Positions 61,806-63,044 of a stretch of DNA of 63,044 nt are shown here, piece by piece (positions within the stretch are counted from its first letter, which is position 1; every line of letters starts with the position of its first letter). The notes below the pieces were generated by a model, which was given only the letters and a program-made list of their open reading frames with translations, made no database searches and had not been told where the DNA came from. Position numbers and translations under genes: made by a program. The DNA comes from an uncultured Thermoplasmata archaeon. Its GTDB lineage: Archaea > Thermoplasmatota > Thermoplasmata > WALJ01. The stretch is from NCBI GenBank assembly GCA_964475625.1, contig CAYYXK010000003.1:1-63044 (forward strand). The letters are read 5' to 3'.

Positions 61806-62547
61806 AATCGTATCCCAATTTTTCAGGTCATTATCGGTCGTGGAAAAAGATATGCGTATTTTCTACCTCAAAGGCCCGGTCGTGATAATGGGGCTTCTCT
61901 TCCCCTTCTTTTTGTTTGCCGCATTTCTGATAGGGAAAGACCTACCGGGAGAAGAGTTATTCACAGGGCTGATGGCGATGACGGTCTTTTTCACCTCCAC
62001 TGCGGTAGGGCCGACGATAATCCCGTGGGAAGCGAGAAGCAAGACATTTGAGCGTTTGATTTCCTCTCCCGTGTCAATCACTACGGTTCTGTTTGGCGAT
62101 ATGCAGGCATCTTTCTACTTCGGGTTCATCATCTCTCTCGCAATATCCCTTTCCGCACTATTTCTTGCCCTCTCATTAAATATTTTCGTATTCTTTTTCG
62201 GCCTGATTCTTGCACTTCTCTGTTTCTCATCCCTCTCTATTCTTATGTCCTCATACCCCCCTACGGACATTCCTGCCGATGTCTTGATGCTGTCCTCTCT
62301 TGTGAAGTTTTCTCTTTTATTCATAAGTGGAATCTTTGTCCCAATAGAGAACCTGCCCCCTTCCCTCCGGGCGATATCATTCGTATCGCCGTTAACATAC
62401 TTTGTAGACTTGTTAAGGCACGCGACATATGTGGGTGGTTATTTTCCGTTATGGCTGGACTTTCTGGCCCTTCTTCTCTTTACTTGTTTATTCTTTATCG
62501 GAGGTGTTGCGATTCACCGCAGGGTGCTAGAAAAGAGATTTATGTAA
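61798..62547 (+). CDS. ABC-2-type transporter permease
   Basis: About 249 aa with six TM segments. The start overlaps the ATPase stop by 8 nt. Confidence 0.75.
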   Translation: MVEIVSQFFRSLSVVEKDMRIFYLKGPVVIMGLLFPFFLFAAFLIGKDLPGEELFTGLMAMTVFFTSTAVGPTIIPWEARSKTFERLISSPVSITTVLFGDMQASFYFGFIISLAISLSALFLALSLNIFVFFFGLILALLCFSSLSILMSSYPPTDIPADVLMLSSLVKFSLLFISGIFVPIENLPPSLRAISFVSPLTYFVDLLRHATYVGGYFPLWLDFLALLLFTCLFFIGGVAIHRRVLEKRFM

Positions 62548-62622
62548 TTTTTGACTCTCACGCCGGTATGAATTTCGGGGAAATTCTTATATTCTCTCTC
62601 TAGACCGGTATTTCAAAAAATT

Positions 62623-62997
62623 ATGAAATACGGTGAAAACGATGTTCAAAAAATACTCTTCCCCACGGATTTCAGCGATTCCGCGATGAATGCAGCCATA
62701 CGGTTCGAAAGAGATAATGACATTAAAACCGGGGAGCTCCTGTTACTACATGTGATCGACAATGAGACCATAGAGGCTATGACCGATGGCTACTCGCTCA
62801 TCTATGGCGATGTGGATACGGCGGTTGATGAGATAGAGGCGAGCATGAGGGATGAAGCTATGCTGAAACTGGAAAAGACATCTGAAATCTACCGAAAGAT
62901 GCTGAAAGCGGAGAAAACAACTCTGCTAGTCCGCATTGGCATACCACACGAGCAGATTGTCAAAACAGCCGAGGAGAAGAGAGTCTCCGTGATTTAA
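62623..62997 (+). CDS. Universal stress protein, C-terminally short (possibly truncated)
   Basis: KILFPTDFSDSAMNA...IVKTAEEKRVSVI, then a stop exactly where USPs continue with DLIVMGSHG. Confidence 0.6.
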   Translation: MKYGENDVQKILFPTDFSDSAMNAAIRFERDNDIKTGELLLLHVIDNETIEAMTDGYSLIYGDVDTAVDEIEASMRDEAMLKLEKTSEIYRKMLKAEKTTLLVRIGIPHEQIVKTAEEKRVSVI

Positions 62998-63044
62998 TTA
63001 ATATACCCCGCAGCTTGCTGCGGTTGGGACAGGAGACGATATGG

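Overview
This 63-kb window is archaeal chromosome. Evidence: aIF-1A, Rio1 kinase, KH/Dim2-like protein, PriS primase, Cgi121, Taw1, pantoate kinase, MptE and archaeal-type GlyRS and ArgRS. The lineage is probably a Thermoplasmata-like euryarchaeote, but that is a guess. All product calls come from reading motifs in the supplied translations; no database search was run.

Positions ~13.0-63 kb are mostly ordinary, tightly packed housekeeping genes with ~45-50% GC by eye. They are interrupted by:
- secreted or surface glycoprotein genes: a 1499-aa clostripain-like protease and two Ig-repeat proteins;
- two small toxin-antitoxin-like pairs and a PD-(D/E)xK protein;
- a radical-SAM/SPASM neighbourhood;
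- several decayed genes: crcB with an in-frame TGA, an ABC ATPase with two frameshifts, an FAD-protein remnant and a truncated USP.

The striking part is the left 13 kb (1-12,986), which is a cassette array.
- A ~105-aa sequon-rich module (MNNTIIIPSSIFTNSYFYQHEI...PFSGY) occurs five times, with near-identical DNA at its 5' junction.
- Three copies continue through a conserved helical segment. This includes a 219-bp tract that is 100% identical between two copies.
- Those three copies end in divergent Gly/Ala-rich multi-TM C-termini.
- Each is followed within 2-12 bp by an AT-rich gene for a small protein with two TM helices plus a PH-like domain.
- A fourth copy heads a 1064-aa protein with TSP3-like calcium-binding repeats and a lectin-like domain. 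It is followed by three tandem soluble paralogs and the dead 5' end of a fourth.
- The fifth copy is a 121-nt chimeric stump that marks the island edge.

This organisation matches polymorphic toxin/immunity orphan arrays (CDI/Rhs-like) or Ids-like self-recognition loci. No known toxin, immunity, secretion or mobility gene is recognisable. I consider it the best candidate for an undescribed system.

No rRNA, tRNA, CRISPR array, transposase or integrase was recognised.
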